From assembly GCA_043228905.1 (NCBI GenBank), contig JBHGNT010000018.1, positions 18,046,868-18,110,867 on the forward strand: a stretch of 64,000 bases of DNA, given 5' to 3'. A program made the position numbers and the translations under genes. This stretch comes from Azolla caroliniana. Its lineage: Eukaryota > Plantae > Polypodiophyta. Shown here piece by piece: positions 13,077 to 28,034 of the stretch. The notes beneath the pieces were generated by a model. The model was given only the letters and a program-made list of their open reading frames with translations. It did not search any database and was not told where the DNA came from. The number at the start of each line of letters is the position of its first letter. The first letter of the stretch is position 1.

Positions 13077-14479
13077 GGCAGCGTTGGAGGAATTCAGACA
13101 ACCAACAGAATCGCCCACATGGCTTTTGTCTATGAAGGAGAAAGAGGTGCTAAAGTGCCCACATGTCTATCTATCTGTGAAGGGCCAAGTAGGACAAGAT
13201 TGCCCACATGGCTATGTGTGAAGAGCACAACACACACCCGAAAGATGTTCGCATACATGGCCATCTTTACCGAAGCAAACACCCCCGTTGAGCTTGATAC
13301 ACCTTCGGCCATGATATGGGCATGAAAGAGATTATTTGAGTTTATGGGAGGGAATGTTCTATTTCGTAGAGTAAGTTATGTTATGGTTATGCATATCTAG
13401 AATCATGCATTGGTTGTTAGAACCGCCTTACATGCATTAGTTCCCAAAAACCTACATTGAAGCAGTGTATTGTTTTCTTATGAATTTATTGGCTGCGTAA
13501 TGCAATGTTATTTCGATGGTCTTTCTTTGAGCATTTGGTGTCATAGACTCATCCAAGAGCAAACAATGCTTTGGGTTATAGCCAAATTTTGTTGTTGTTA
13601 ATTGAACCACGGGTAGTATTTTGGTGGTTAGAGAGTTGTTTATTTTTCCCTGTTAGGATTGCATCCAAAGAAGATGTTGTTCGTGTTATTGTTAATGAAG
13701 ATAGACGTGAGGGGAAGAACTATCCCATGTGAACCTTTATGATGAGAAACAATTCATTTAAAGAGGCCTCTAGTGCATTATATACGGTGATGAAGTTTGA
13801 GCTAAAGTTAACCACTCTTAACAAAAAGTGTTGACATTTTAGAATTAGTATTAACATACTTTATTGCTCTTTTGGTATCAACATTTGTTTCGCCTCACAC
13901 TAAGTCTATGCATGAAAATATATGGCATGTTTCAAAGGTGAAAAATAAGAGGAAAAAAATATATCATGGCAATTTTCATTACTATTATCCTAGTTTATTC
14001 AAAGGAAGTAAATAGATAATAGAACCCTTGTGATGGCTTATATAACTTGATAGCTTGCATTAGAAATCCAATAATGCACTTTGGTACAAAGCCATTCCCA
14101 CAACAAATCATATTCTGAATTGATCTCCTACATCAACATTTAAAGGTTTATCTAACACTTATAGTTCCTAGGTTTCTTACCAACCTATACTTGATAACAA
14201 TATTGTCAAAGATTATCCTTCAAAAAGTCTATAGATTATTTTGTCACGAGATGGCATTATGTGGACGACATTATGCTCACATCTAATGATAAATTTTTGA
14301 TTGCCATGGTAAATTTTGATTTGAAGAATACATTTGATATGGAAGATTTGGGAAAGTGATGGTCTATGATAGGCATGGACATTGGCATTGGCAACCTATG
14401 AAATAATCCTAGACACTAAGCAACATATATGTAATTGCACTAAACGTGTAAGTATAAAAGTTGCACTTTTCACTTCTAC

Positions 14480-14620
14480 GTCTTATTCACTTTTCACTCA
14501 AGAGCTAGAGTTTTCTTACAAGTAGGTACACATGTTTACATCCTTCTTTATGTTGATGACATAATCTTGGGCTTTGAATCTCATGCATATCTACACAACA
14601 TCATCTCCATCGACTCATGA
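14480..14620 (+). mobile_element. Decayed Ty1/copia reverse transcriptase fragment
   Basis: About 14531-14580 translates HVYILLYVDDIILG, the copia YVDD motif; the surroundings are heavily degraded. Confidence 0.55.
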
Positions 14621-14960
14621 CAAACATTCCCAATTATGTAAAAATCCCTAACAGCTCAAAAAAAGAAAAAGGATCTCTCTCTCTCTCAATTAGGTTACAT
14701 TGGTGGTAAGTTGTTACACTACTACCACTACATCTTGGGTTCAAAACCTAAATTTTCACTTCTCTATTACTTCATACATATCTCTTAATTCACTAGATGC
14801 CACTATAGAATATAGGGCTTGAACCCATGACATTGAGCAACCATACCAGCCAAGCTCTCTCTCTCTCTCTCTCTCTTGATTACCTTAATTAGCACTATGA
14901 GCACTATGCCTTAGATTCGAAACCCAATCTGTCACCTCTCTATTACTTCATATATATCTT

Positions 14961-15028
14961 GGAATGTTGGGGTTAAACCCATGACCTCCTGGTCTCCATA
15001 GGGCAACCTTTCCAACTGAACTACATCT
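14961..15028 (-). mobile_element. tRNA-derived SINE head or tRNA pseudogene
   Basis: The minus strand reads GATGTAGTTCAGTTGG (A-box-like)...GGGTTTAACCCC (B-box-like)...ACATTCC with a degenerate anticodon arm. Similar degraded boxes occur at about 14690-14760. Confidence 0.4.
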
Positions 15029-15334
15029 ATTTGGGCTCTCTCTCTCTCTCTCTCTCTCTCATTCATGCATCTCTTAATGAGTGGTTTAATTGGTGTACAC
15101 TTATTGGTATAGCCATCTACAACGTAGAATCATGCAAGCTGTTGGTAATCTACTTACCAAATTCTTTCATATCATTAGTTAAGCTGTAAGAGTAACCAAT
15201 TTTATAGAAGAAATTAACATTTGAAAGACGTTGATTTCTTTTATTACAAATGGCAATCAATAACCATTCTATTACAAAGGCTTTTCCGCCTAATTTGAAG
15301 TAATAACCCCAACAAGGATTGTAGATCTAGAGTT

Positions 15335-18300
15335 CTAAGATGGGTTCTTTCTTCTTATCAATGTGGGAATACCATAGCATACAGGTGAAGCACCAATGAG
15401 ATATGGCAATCTACATGCATCTCTTCCTTCTCCAACATGAGTAGCTGTACGTACTCTACCCTGTAACATAGCTTGTCGACTTGATCCATCTTCAGACATA
15501 ACAGTTAGTGCAGCCTTATTATGTCCTTTTCTGAGGCTTTGTTTTTTGCTCTCTTTCACCTTATTACATGAAGTGACCCTAGCCTCTTGGTCAATTTCAG
15601 AATCTAACCATTTACTGAGGAGGACTCTGCTAAACCTATCGATATCACCATCAGTCACATCCCATAGATTTGCAATAGCTGTTGGACAGCCTGTCATTAG
15701 GTAAGTCCAAGGCACTCCTAGAGGCTCATAATCACCTCTCATCAATAGGCGGCCACTGCTACAACCCATCAGCAACGCAGCAGCACAGCATTTCATTTTC
15801 CTCATTCGCCTCTCGGGAAGGTATTGATCTCCTGCAGTTTAGTTCAGATGATGATTTTATTCTCAGAATCCATTAGTAGATCCAAATTTCTTGTTGAGAT
15901 TCATGTTCAAAGAGGGTGTACCACTTCCATGACCAAAATATACAAACAGCTCATGTGTTTGCAGACCATCCATATATTCTTCAGCAGTAGGTATTTCCCC
16001 TACCCTCCCCTGCAAACCAAAAGTTTCCATATAAATAAATATACATTGTTATATATATGTAATACATATCGAATTGCATGGTAGCAAACCTTGGCAATAT
16101 GAAAACCTGACACAATCAAGATAATTATGTTGGATATGTATGTATGTATATACACATTTTTTTCAACACATAATTTCAAATATCTTTTTTAGCTATCTGG
16201 CTTTGTATATCACAAAATTCACCAAACTAGCAAATTTCTTTGAGTATCAGATTTTAGACTTGATGGACAGAATGGATATCTCTAAACTGTGCTGTGTTTT
16301 ATGAGACAAGAAACAGTTACCATTGCCTCTTTAACCAAGGTTTTTGCGCACTATGCAAGGCAATAGAATATGAGGACAAGTTTATCAAGGGCTACACAAG
16401 GAAGCTCCCAACCAGGACATTGCAAAAGGGTGACAATAGATCGGTCAACAGCAATTTGTTATGTACATAGGCCCTGGCTTCGGGAACCATGATCTCACCG
16501 GCCCAGTCATCAACAAATAAAGGCTGTTATCTCTCTTCATCATAGGTGCTTCAATCACTTCAGAAGACCTCTCCCTTCTGGATCATCCTATGCTAGAGAT
16601 CTTTCAAGAATATATTTAATCGCTTTATTTCTAGTTACTTTTCTTAGGTAAATTTTATTTTGGTTTGTTGTTCTCAATGATAAAGATAACATTTTAAAAT
16701 GTAATCTCTTGTTTGGTCTTACGGGCCATTTTTGCCTCTTAAAAGACATTAATATATTTTTCTTTCTTTTTTCTGGACCACTCGCATTACGATCAACCTA
16801 TTTTTGACCAATGCCTATCAGATATTCAACTTACTTCTGATCTCAGTAATACCAGGTTTTGATAAAAAAACGAAAGTACAAGTGTAAGTAGAACTCTCTC
16901 TTGAGAATCACAAAATCAACCAACCTCCCACCCATGCTGACTCCTGAACATTTCCTCAAAAGCTGCCTGTGTGCTTCCAAGATCCCCACTGGGATTGAGG
17001 AGAAAGTATGCATTGTATGGATCGATGGAGGGCACATCAGAGACACATGCCAAGGAATGTTCATTTGCAACCACCCTTCTCGGAAATTGACTTGCTAAAC
17101 TTTCCTGTTTGCTTTTCATTGTTTCATGCAAACCTCTCTGTGTCACAAGCGCTTGGATTGCACCTATAGAGGGCATCCTGTAGACTTCATTCATTCTTAA
17201 TGAAGGGAAACTCTCCCATGGAAATGCCTGAAACAGTACAGGATATAGTATATTAGTTAGATGCAACTACAATGAGGAATAAATTAACTCTGTAACAGAC
17301 TTGATGGTGTGCACCTGAAGATGCCGGTCAAGGATTAGTACTATGGGATCCCGATGAAAATTCACATTTTCCGAATTTTGCACACCACCAAAGGAACTCG
17401 CTGTTTTTTCTGCTGATTGAAAGAATTCAAGAAACATCCTGGCTGCTACTTCTGTCGTCTCAGCAATTACAGAACTCCCCACAGAATCCAGAACCCTACA
17501 CCGTGCGCCTTTATTACAGCTAAAATGGTAGCTCCTCTGACCAAGCATCCAGGTAATTCCTTTCTCCAACTCAGCCTTGGTTAACAAGCCAGTTCCTTGT
17601 AGCAAAAGACAGATCAGTTCACTATTAAGTGAGCATGACTTGGCTAGAGATTCTAACTGCTGTTTCAAGCAATCAGCACTATGCCTGAAAGTCTCTGAAA
17701 ATTTGCCAGAGAAATTCCCAAATAGAAATGATTTCCATGGACCCAACCAGTACTCTTCTATCGTTCTGCAAAGTCAAGCTAGAAATAGTTAACAAAGAAA
17801 CGGCTATTTGAGCCAAACCAGCAACGTTTACAGGTCATATATACCTTAAAAGTGATGCAAGTCGAATGTCAAGATCCATTCTCCACTCCCACCATCTACA
17901 CTTGTCCTCGACAGAATTCAGACGTCCAACTCCAGAAGTTGATTGTCTGCTTTCATCAAGAATAGTACTAAGCTTGCTGAGAAGACTACTGAATGCTGGC
18001 CTTTTGCTTCCTTCCACTGTTACATCATCATCATCCAGGTTATACGGACAACAAGAAGTACCGAGGCCTAAATAAACATCACGACATTCTTAGCAGAGGT
18101 TCTTCTTGAAATAACATTTCGAATCGTGCAATGATAAAAGAGATCTACCGCCTACCTTCAGGCAATGAAGCACAGTGGAACATCATGGACAGAGGGTTCA
18201 AACCAGTATCAAAACGTGTAATCAGAAGCCATGAATCATGATGAATAAACTTCTCGCTCATGAATAGAGATTGCATCTCTTGATCAACCAAGCTTAAACA

Positions 18301-21300
18301 GACGGTTGAGCAGGGCAGTTCAGGATCATGGTCAATAGCTCTCTTAAGATCACTCAAATCACTTGGCTGAATCCTGTAAAACTTTAAAAAACAAGTTGAT
18401 ATGCTACACTAATGAAGATGGAGACTAAACCATTTAATCCAACAAAAATTAACATCATATACCTGAGTAGCTGCTCCATCTGCTCGATACATTGGTGGGC
18501 ATTACAGCATTCCTCCAATTCCTGCCAATATTTCATCTCGTATCAGTTCGACATGCATCAGTTGGAAAAAAAGAATTCAGAAGCAAGAACAGGGTCTGTG
18601 CTATAGACCTTTCCTGTTGCTGTCTTTGACGGATGTTTTCTAGCTTTCAACATGGTGAGGTGCTTTTGCCGAGCAGTTGCACCTAAAGATATCTGATGGA
18701 AATATGACGCTGATTTCAGAGGCAAAACACCATTGATCAGGGAGACCTCAAAGGGGCCTCCAAAATCCTTGGGTACATGAAGTATCGCCAAAGTCCTTGC
18801 TACCTATACCATGTAAATTGCGACTAAATTACAAGAATGCTCAATGTTTACAATCTCTGTCATAATACCAAACAAATAATAACCCGTCATACCTTTGACA
18901 TTAATGGAGGCATTTCTTTGCATAATAGGAAAGCTCTAGTTAGCCATATTAATGCTTGAGATACATCAACAGTTGAAAAATAGCAGCATCGTTCACTACA
19001 TTAAGTTTCATTTATTTTGCTGACATCAGAAAGGTTAGACATCTAGTTGTAATAGAGTACTATACAGATTATGAATATATTTACCTAAATTCCTCGCATT
19101 TTTCTTGGCATAAAGCAAGCATGCTTATATGATACAGCAAACTGCTTTCTTCAATTGGAAAAAGTCCCATCTCCTTCAGAGAAATGCAATCAGGTTGACA
19201 AACTCCAGGAGAATCAGACGTTGATGAAGAGATATATATACCACGTTGCACAACTGAGAGAGCTTTGTAAAACTCTTGATGTGCTTTATGGATGTTTTGC
19301 ATATTTCTGAAGTACTTTCCTGAAAACAAATAGAGATCACTGTCAAAATATATGATGAAAGCTGCCAACAATTTTCATAAAGTTCAATCTTTTTCAGTTG
19401 AAGAAAATAATGCCTCTTCAGGCTATATATCTATTACCTTTCTGTAATAGAACTCTGGCCATCAAACGTTTTGCATGTCTAGACAATTGAAGATCCAACC
19501 ATTCTTCAATCGGCAATGGCTGAAAACTAGCTTTGCTATTGCAATGACACCAGCACATTTTCAGGGATCTACTGGAAATTTCATTAAAGTTTTCTATGAC
19601 AGTGGTTTCTTCAGATAATTTTGCTCCATAATCACTTTCATGCATTTCAAGGCTTGAATTCTGCACATCAAATTCTAAAACCAAATCACGCGTCTTTTTC
19701 CTTAGGCGAGGCCTTCTCTTTTTCTGTGTATTCTCCAAGCCAATCTCATATTTACCAACTTCTTGTGGATTGCTTTCACTAATAGCCAGTTTAATGTTTG
19801 TCTCCATACACAATTCATTAACTCCATCTTCTTCCCTTTGCTTTGCAGCAGCTGCAACCTTGCGCCTTGTACGATACCCAGTCATATTATTATTTCCTTT
19901 ATTTAAAAGTGCAGGTTTCAATTCAGGAACTCCATCAGAATGTTTTTGTGTGCTGGTAGACTTTCTGCCAGCCCTATGCCTGTCGGTGCTGGAAGAACAA
20001 TTGGTGTCAATATGAAACACATTCGAACAAGATGGCTTTACAAAATCCTTGTTTCCAGATATGTTGAGACATTCATTCTCCTGGGACAAGCTTGTTTTGC
20101 TAGGACAGAACATATTTTCTCCAGTTTCATTTTTACAGCTTTCAACGATAAGGCAGTAGAGTTGTTTTTCAGCATCGCAATACTTCTCTATCACATGGTT
20201 ACATGTTTCATTAGAATTCATAGCAGTTCTATCATCACGAAGATATTCCAGGTCAGCAAAGCGGGAACTTAGAACAGCTTCAGCCATTTCCCTACAATGA
20301 TGACAGTATAGTGTCTTATCTTGATCATTTAGCAGTCGTTTGGCAATTACAAGGCTGTCCTCAGCTAGCTGCCATGAATGTTTTTTTCTTTGTACCTCCC
20401 CTAGAAATAGAAAATTTCTATGTTAATAGACAATAAGGCCTCATTTTCAATTTAAAATTGTGAGCTGTATAATAATTATCAACCTAAACATGAACTAAAA
20501 ACTCCTCCTACGAATGAGAGACTGTGAGAAGTTGCAATTTGGAAGCCTTCTTGGAAACTATTCTCTGCATCATCAATGATGCCTAACATTTGATTGAGGG
20601 TCCCAACCTGTAAAAAGAGAAATGTTGGCATCAAGAACAAAAAGGACAAAAATGCATCCATTACAACAAAGACATAGAACTACCTGCATCAGACTTTCTA
20701 AATAATTGCTAAGAATTTGCCATTGACTAGGACCTGCATCATGCTTTCCTAGATTCACCCTTGGCCATTTGCCAACAACAATAGATCCCAACGGTTCAAG
20801 ATAATGAGCTTTCTGATTATCTTCAACAGCTTCTGCCTCAGCAACCCTAAACGTAGAGGATTTTGCAGAGATCTTGAAGAATCTATACAATAATTTGAGC
20901 CGAAGACTAAGTGCTTCTTTTGCATTTTGAAGAGCCTAAAATAAGAATACAAAAACCAACTCTAAGAACGTCAATTATCTAGAAATGGGCACCTGGCTTG
21001 AATATAATAACTTAGATTAGACATACTTCTTGCAGTTTTGCATTTCGACAATTAGATTCTGCCACCATGAAGAATGCCTGAGCTAGACTGCAAATGCTAT
21101 CATTAGCTTTCGCTTCCTACCACAAACAGAAACACTGTTTTTTTTAAGCAGCACAAATAAAGATTTTGAACAGCAAAATAAAAACCACATACTCACTTGT
21201 AATTCTTGAATTATTTCTTCCAAACTGGATGGAGAAGGGCTGTCAGAAATTGTGCTTTCACTAGATCTTGGGAAGAAATTTAGACTGTTGATAAAAATCA

Positions 21301-24300
21301 GAGAAAACATCCCTTTGGGATGTTTCTTGACCAAGACTTCCAATAGCTCTTTTGAATCTAAATTTAACCCCAGTTTCTGTTCAACAAGATTTGGCATAGA
21401 ACGATGAAAAGGACTGTTGCAGAACATATGATTAAGCTTTGTGCCATTGAAAACTGCTAGAAAAGCATCCTCTGAGTTTACGTGGCATGATGAGGCAATA
21501 TCAATGAGCAAACTATAAACTCGGTACTGTAAGCTGTAATAGCCCTGGAATGAACAAGAACAAACACACCAGTCACGTGATTATAAAACAATCAGAAAGT
21601 GATACAGATAACTGCTGCTCCTCTACCTTTAATGCCAACATATCAGAAAGATTCTGTAACAAGCTAATAGCTTGAAAATGCATATCCTTCTGATTTTGGT
21701 CTACAGGTAACTTGTACGGTGATGAAAACAACTTCTCAAAGAGATTTAAGCCATTGTAGATATCTTCCATAGGATCCTGTATTATAGGAAACATGTAAGA
21801 AAATAATGTCCTTAAAAACTCAAAAAGATTCTGAAAATAGCCACCTTTGATGAAGGATAAGTTTCTTGCACACAAATTGCCCTGAGAAAATAATATATTC
21901 CTAGATGGAACTCTGTTGAGTCATGCTTGGTGTGATAACCATATTTCTCATCAGCCACGTGATTTAACTGTTACACCAGAGAAAAAGGTTAATCCAATTG
22001 TTCTTTACAAATACCATGTGACTCCAAACACCCACAAGAACAGATCTACCAAACAGGCCTTAGTCTACAACCTAATCAGTTGCTAGCAATCATATGATTG
22101 ATTAGTACTATAGCACCCAATGAAAATCAACATTCAAACTTTATATATTATAACACACCAGAATGTTAATGGCTTCTGTTAAGTAACTCAGCCATTCATC
22201 ATCCCCTTGAGTGTCAATTCTATTGATCCTTCCCTTCCATACAAGAATCTTTGCTCGGTGTAACGGAAAATGTTCAAGTGTGTATATTCTATCAAGTAAT
22301 AATTCTAATATCTTCCTTTGCATTTCTAAAGCAACAATTGGTTCAGACTCTTCCACGGTTTCATAAAATAGAAGCTCCTGCAAAATGGTTAATATTCAAA
22401 TTAGTAAGGAAAGTTCACATTTGTGTGTCCTCTGCATGCATAATCTTCTAATTTGTGAATGATAATTTGATAACACATTATGCATGCAAGATCAACCGGA
22501 GTGAACCACCCACCTCTTCTAAGAGTAGACCTGCCGCTTCTTGCGGTAAGGAAGGACTAAAGTTCTGAATTATGGAGTAAATGGTGTTATCTTCAAAATC
22601 TTTGTCCTGAGACAGGTTCATTGAAAAGACTCTCTGCTCAATAAGGTCCATTGGGGTCAGCCTACAGAATATTTTTAAGCCAACAGGATGCATCACTTTT
22701 GCAAATATACCTTTAGCCATGGTTGCAAGAGTGAGTGAGGAAAGGACTTTCTTAAGCATGTTACACTACTTCTCGCCCACTGTTCCACACTCTTCTGAAA
22801 CACCTTCGTTGCTTCATTTGATTCATTGCTTCGGTTCAAAGTATCAACAAGAACACTGCTCTTTGTACAAGCGTCTGACATGGCATTTGTAAAATCCACA
22901 GAGTTTTCTGTATCAGCTAACTTGTCTGATTCCAAATTACAAGCTTTAGCAATCCGCGATACTCTTGTCCATGCGGCCATATAGGAAACTCTGAAAGGGT
23001 CACATGCCTGTGCCACCAAGAAGCAGAGGCAAAGGATTTTAGAACTGCTGTGCAATAAGCAATTCAGAAATGCATGAAAATCAGCACCTCATAGAAAGAT
23101 ATGCTTGTCAAATGAATGTGATTGCCTCAATTGATTAGTTTAAACTTCTTTCCATCTTATTTAGAATATTCACAAAACATTAATCCAGAAGTCTTGAAAT
23201 CATCCTTTTTAGAAATTTTATTTTAAAAAACAAGACCAACACCACATGTAAACCATCCATTTTCAATGTTCACTTCAAAGACCTCAGCAGGGTAAACTCT
23301 GTGGTAATTTAACTCAAATTTGAAAGAGAAATCATCTTTTGAAAGTCAATATATATACGACTGGCATCGGGTGATAACAAAGTTTTTGTCGTCATCGGAT
23401 ATATAATATTGGCATATACTCCTGATGGTGTATAATACTGCCATAGCTGGTGGTTCGTTCACTGACAGAACATAGCTCAACTGCAACATGCTTAGATACA
23501 AAATGGTCACTCCCTGATACTGCAATATCATCTACTATTTTGTCAAACCGCTTACCATTTTGTGTAGCTTCATGTTGAACAACTGAACCCCCATGTTGTA
23601 ACAAGATGACATAAGCCATCGAAGCTCATCCAGTCCAGGAAAAGTATCAGTGATGGATTCATTTATCAGCATAATGCATTCCTGCATCCACCAAATTCTT
23701 AGTTAGGTTCCCAAACATTTACAGTTAAGTTTTCTACTTGCTCAACAAAATGGATACGTTAAAATGAAAATATTTGGTCATGCCTTTTGGCTTTTCTGCC
23801 TCAATAATGATAGTCTAAGTGCTGCATTTGCGGCAAGAAAGAAGGACTTGCTTCCCCGTTGAAAGATATCCAGTTCATCAGCTGTTAGACAACTACACCT
23901 GCAGAAGCGCACAGGTTTATTTCAACTGCATCGCTGGGCAATCGTTGCACTAAGAAAAGGTCAAAAACTCAATAAATATAGCAGGCAGACATACCCTAAA
24001 CCAGACTTTACTGATTTGCAGAAAAGGAGTAGACAAACTTCCAAGGCACCATTCAGTTCAGAGAGGATACAAGGTTCTCCATTTCCTGCAATAAATATAT
24101 CCCATTGTAGTTGGGTATAACTGGAAGCTGACCTACGAAGAAAGTCCAATGCCCTATAGACACTGACAAAGTTTCTCACAGTCAAGGCAGAAGTCGAAAT
24201 TTCTTGGTTGTTCATGTGGATTGAATTAGAAAATAGAATTGTTGACGTGTTTAAAAATTTCTGCACTGTATCAATGACACTGTGCAATATACTGCACGCC

Positions 24301-27300
24301 TTGAAAGCAAGAGTTTCAGAAAGATCAGGAGCCAGGACTAGACTAACAGCATATAATCCAGCCAGTGACATCATGGGGGCTGTCTCCTGCATCACAATAT
24401 TGAGAAGTCAAAGTAAAATTTCTTAGTTATGCATGTGACACATTTTCTATTATTAAATATCGGTTACCTGTAAGCTTTTGTCACTGATTGCTCTCCAAAT
24501 ATGGTCCCATCCATCTTGGCTTCTCTTGCCAGTTTGACAAAGTCGAGCATAGCACTCAACAAGTTCCACCATTTCAAATGAGCCTCGTACCTTTTGAAGC
24601 TGTGCATGAGTTTGCGCACTTGTCAACCATTCTGCTCTACAACGGACGTTATTGTTTCAGGGAGTATGCTATCATTAATCTAGATTCCTTCACATGGTCT
24701 TTACAAAGAACATTACTCAAATGCATCATGCACTACATGATGCCTAACAGAACTGTGCACAGACAAACGCTCTACTGGGAAACTTTGAATGGGCATAGTC
24801 ACAACAAACAAATGCCCATAACAAGGGAACAGTATCCAGAATCTGACTACTGACTACTGTAAAAGGAGACACTCCCTTACAACTTCCTACAATGGAGAAG
24901 TTCCCATTTCAAGCAAATCCTTTTCCTTATAGATCTACAGAGAATGAAAAAAAATCAGTGTAATGGCTTCCATATGGATGTGGTCATAATGATAGTAAAC
25001 CCATTTAAGTGTAAGCTATAAAATTTATACTCTCTTAGTCAATAGGTGGCATTATGATACGGTAATATTTATGTGCGGCAAAATCCTAATTTAAACTCTC
25101 TAACCAAGAACATTATGGTGTGGTTAGAGACATCAATATATCTTTCTTTATTTCTCGTCATCAACAAATAAAGGCCATTATCATCCAGCATCAAAGGTGC
25201 TTCTCTCACTTGGAAGATCACTCCATCGTGGGGCGGCCATTTTTTAAAGGCAATTTCAGTCTACTTCAGTTTAAAATCGTACATTCTTGGATATCTAGAA
25301 TCTTTAGTACCCTATCTTTAGTTATATTTACATTTGTTGTTTGCAAAGAAGACGTGAAAACATTTTAAGATAGAATCTCTTGTTTGGTCTTATAGGTCAT
25401 TTTGGTCTTTTAAAAGACATGAATGCATATAGCTTTCTATCTTACTACCATCACAGTATGCTCACTGCAGATCATATTCTTATTAGCCTACTCATATTCT
25501 AGTTTTCGCCACACCCTATCTGCTATTCAAATCTCAAACACAAGTGTCTCCAGTCCATGAAACAATGCATGAAGGACGGTATATTCTGATCCTAAAGGCC
25601 TGAAAAACATGGAAATGTTTTTACAGACATGCAAAAAGAACAGAACATCCAAACAGATTAAAATTTGTCAACCGTGAAGAAAGACAGATGAGCTGAAACT
25701 TGAATTTTGCATATAGGCTCTTGTGTTGATGCATAACACCGTTTTTAACCAGCATTGACGTGCTAAAACCAGAATTATAAAAAATTGAAAGGTATAGTGG
25801 TCATTCTTTAAGAATTAACATAGAACAATATTCAATGCACCTTTGAATAAACCCATGGACCAAAAAATAATTCAATACATAACATCCTTTGCTTTCAAAA
25901 TAGATGTTTTCATCTAATTATTAACATGGCATTATTTCAAATATGAACTTCAATCAAATGTGGGTAGCTAAATGCACATGTCAGTAGGCGAAGGTAAAAA
26001 GCCATTAGAAATGCAAAATAGAGATGGTGTCTTGGAATGGGCAGAATAGCCATTTCTATGACACTGACAGACAAATGTAAATCTTACCCATTAAAAGGCT
26101 GACACAGAACGCTGAAGCTTTATATGCACAGAATTCTAGTTCTAGCATGAGCGACATACCTGTTTTATCTGGCCAATTTTTATCAAGGCTTCTTCATACA
26201 CAGCAATTGCAAGTTCTGTATTATTGGACCCCTTTGAGGTAATCCGTGAACAGATGCTTCTTACTACCTGTGCAAGCATATTAAATTCATAAACCTAAAT
26301 GTGTTTCAAGATCCAAAAAATATAATGCAAATAGAGCATACCCTACAGTTATCTACGAACATATTGTGGGACATAAGCGTCAAGAAACCTCACAAAATCC
26401 AATTTACAATTGAAATAATCTCCTACCTTGCAAAAATTGTCATTCAGTGAAGACATTGCACACTCATACAAAGTAAGAGAGGCCAATTTTTCGGCAGAAA
26501 CCACATTATCTGAACAATTTGATATCCTCATCATTAGACACTTATTAAGCTCTTTGAAAAGTAAGCTCCTTTGCTTCTGTGCTTTGTTATCATCCAATAT
26601 ACTGTAATCAATATACAAAGTTTGAGCCCCGTCACAAATTGCAAAATGAAGTCAGATTTTGATTTATTGATAGATTAGCCTTTCAATAAAAGAGAGTTTG
26701 ATTTTATTATAAAGAAATCGGGCATTGTCATGTAGGAATCCAATCTAGCTCAATTTTATTCCAAGTACTTTGTTGAGTTCATGACGAAAGAAGGGCCAAC
26801 TGCATGCCAAAAAGCATTTGCACCCCGTTTGTGTATTTTGAAATGGGGGGCATGCATATCAACTTCAACCCAGTGGAATAACTTCTGAGCTATTCATATG
26901 AGAACATGGATGAAAATCCAAGTTGAATCCAACACATTCAGGAAACACATATTGCCCCCAGGAAGCAGCAGTTAAGTGTCAGGTTTTAGAGACAAAATAA
27001 GAATGGCAAATGGCTTGGTGTATATATCTATATTTGAATTTTGAACTAATACGTATTCGCAGTCAAGAATGTGACCAAATGGTGCATATTATAAGCCATC
27101 GAATATCAAAAAATTCCACAAAGATTTTGCATCTGTTGTGCTTAGTCAGGTTCTGATGTACAGTTTCATATTTTTAATTGACATTATAAAGGAATAAATA
27201 TCTAGTATCAAACCTTAGAGAGGAATAACTGTGATATCCTTGATAATAAGGACAGAATAGCCCAATATGCACTAACCAAGATTCTGCATGAAAAATAGGG

Positions 27301-28034
27301 AAGTACCTCAGCCATGGTTCCAGTTGCTGTGCAGTCTCGTATACAAGTGCAAAAAGGGATGAAATTTTAGTCCCAAGCTCCGCTGCACAAACAATTAAAT
27401 CTGTTGCTGCCCCAACTGTAAGGACAATAAGTCCTTCATTTAATTCCCGGGCGCTATCTGGATTAGGAAGGTAGAACTTTTCTTCCTTGAAGTTAGTAAA
27501 CTCTTGTTTAAGAGTTTCTGGTTTTGTCAGCATAAAAGCTCTTGAGGAAAGGCTGAAGAATAGTTTTAGGTCTTGATCCAGTGCTTCTTGAAACTTTCCC
27601 CATGCTATGAGACGCCGAACCAACCAAGATCGTTGCAATTCTATCTCCAATGGAGCTCCAACCAATGAGTTTCGAACATGCTCGAAGCAGTCTAAAGCAA
27701 ACACCATGCATTCAAAGAACTTATCAGCCTTCATGAGACAACTTTCTTCAGCGGATATCTGAAGTTTCGATAGACCACTGGAGCAGAGTTTCAAAACTTG
27801 AGCTAAGAATGGGACAAACTCCTTTGCTAGGCGGTGCTTCTGTGCATCAGTGACATTCTCCTTGCCAGGCATAGATGCAACCTTGCAAATTGGCTCAAGA
27901 TGAGCTTTCAAGGAAGCTAAAACGCCAAGATCATTTTCACTTTCATTTTCTAATCTGGAGAGGATAGTGTCTGCATTATCTTCTGGTTTTGGAGCACGTT
28001 TGGTTAAAGTCGCCTTTTTCTCCTTGACAACCAT
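15335..28034 (-). CDS. ESP1: Separase (peptidase C50), multi-exon; 5' UTR exons probably extend to about 29360
   Basis: C-terminal catalytic motifs FVYFGHGSG (about 15920-15945), LLMGCSSG (about 15755-15777), NLWDVTDGDIDRF, YLIGASPVCYGIP, FPWESFPSL and YFLLNPSGDLGSTQ. A chain of minus-strand exon ORFs runs from ATG 28034. Not every internal exon boundary was resolved. Confidence 0.95.
16505..16800. repeat. Dispersed intronic repeat (copy 1) in separase
   Basis: GTCATCAACAAATAAAGGC...ATCTCTTGTTTGGTCTTA...TAAAAGACAT is shared with 25157-25480. Confidence 0.75.
25157..25480. repeat. Dispersed intronic repeat (copy 2) in separase
   Basis: Colinear, same-orientation similarity to 16505-16800. 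Confidence 0.75.

Noticed and set aside
13077-13118. N-terminal extension of cyanase in the ORF track
   Set aside because: It starts at GTG; the first in-frame ATG is 13076, which gives a normal-length cyanase.
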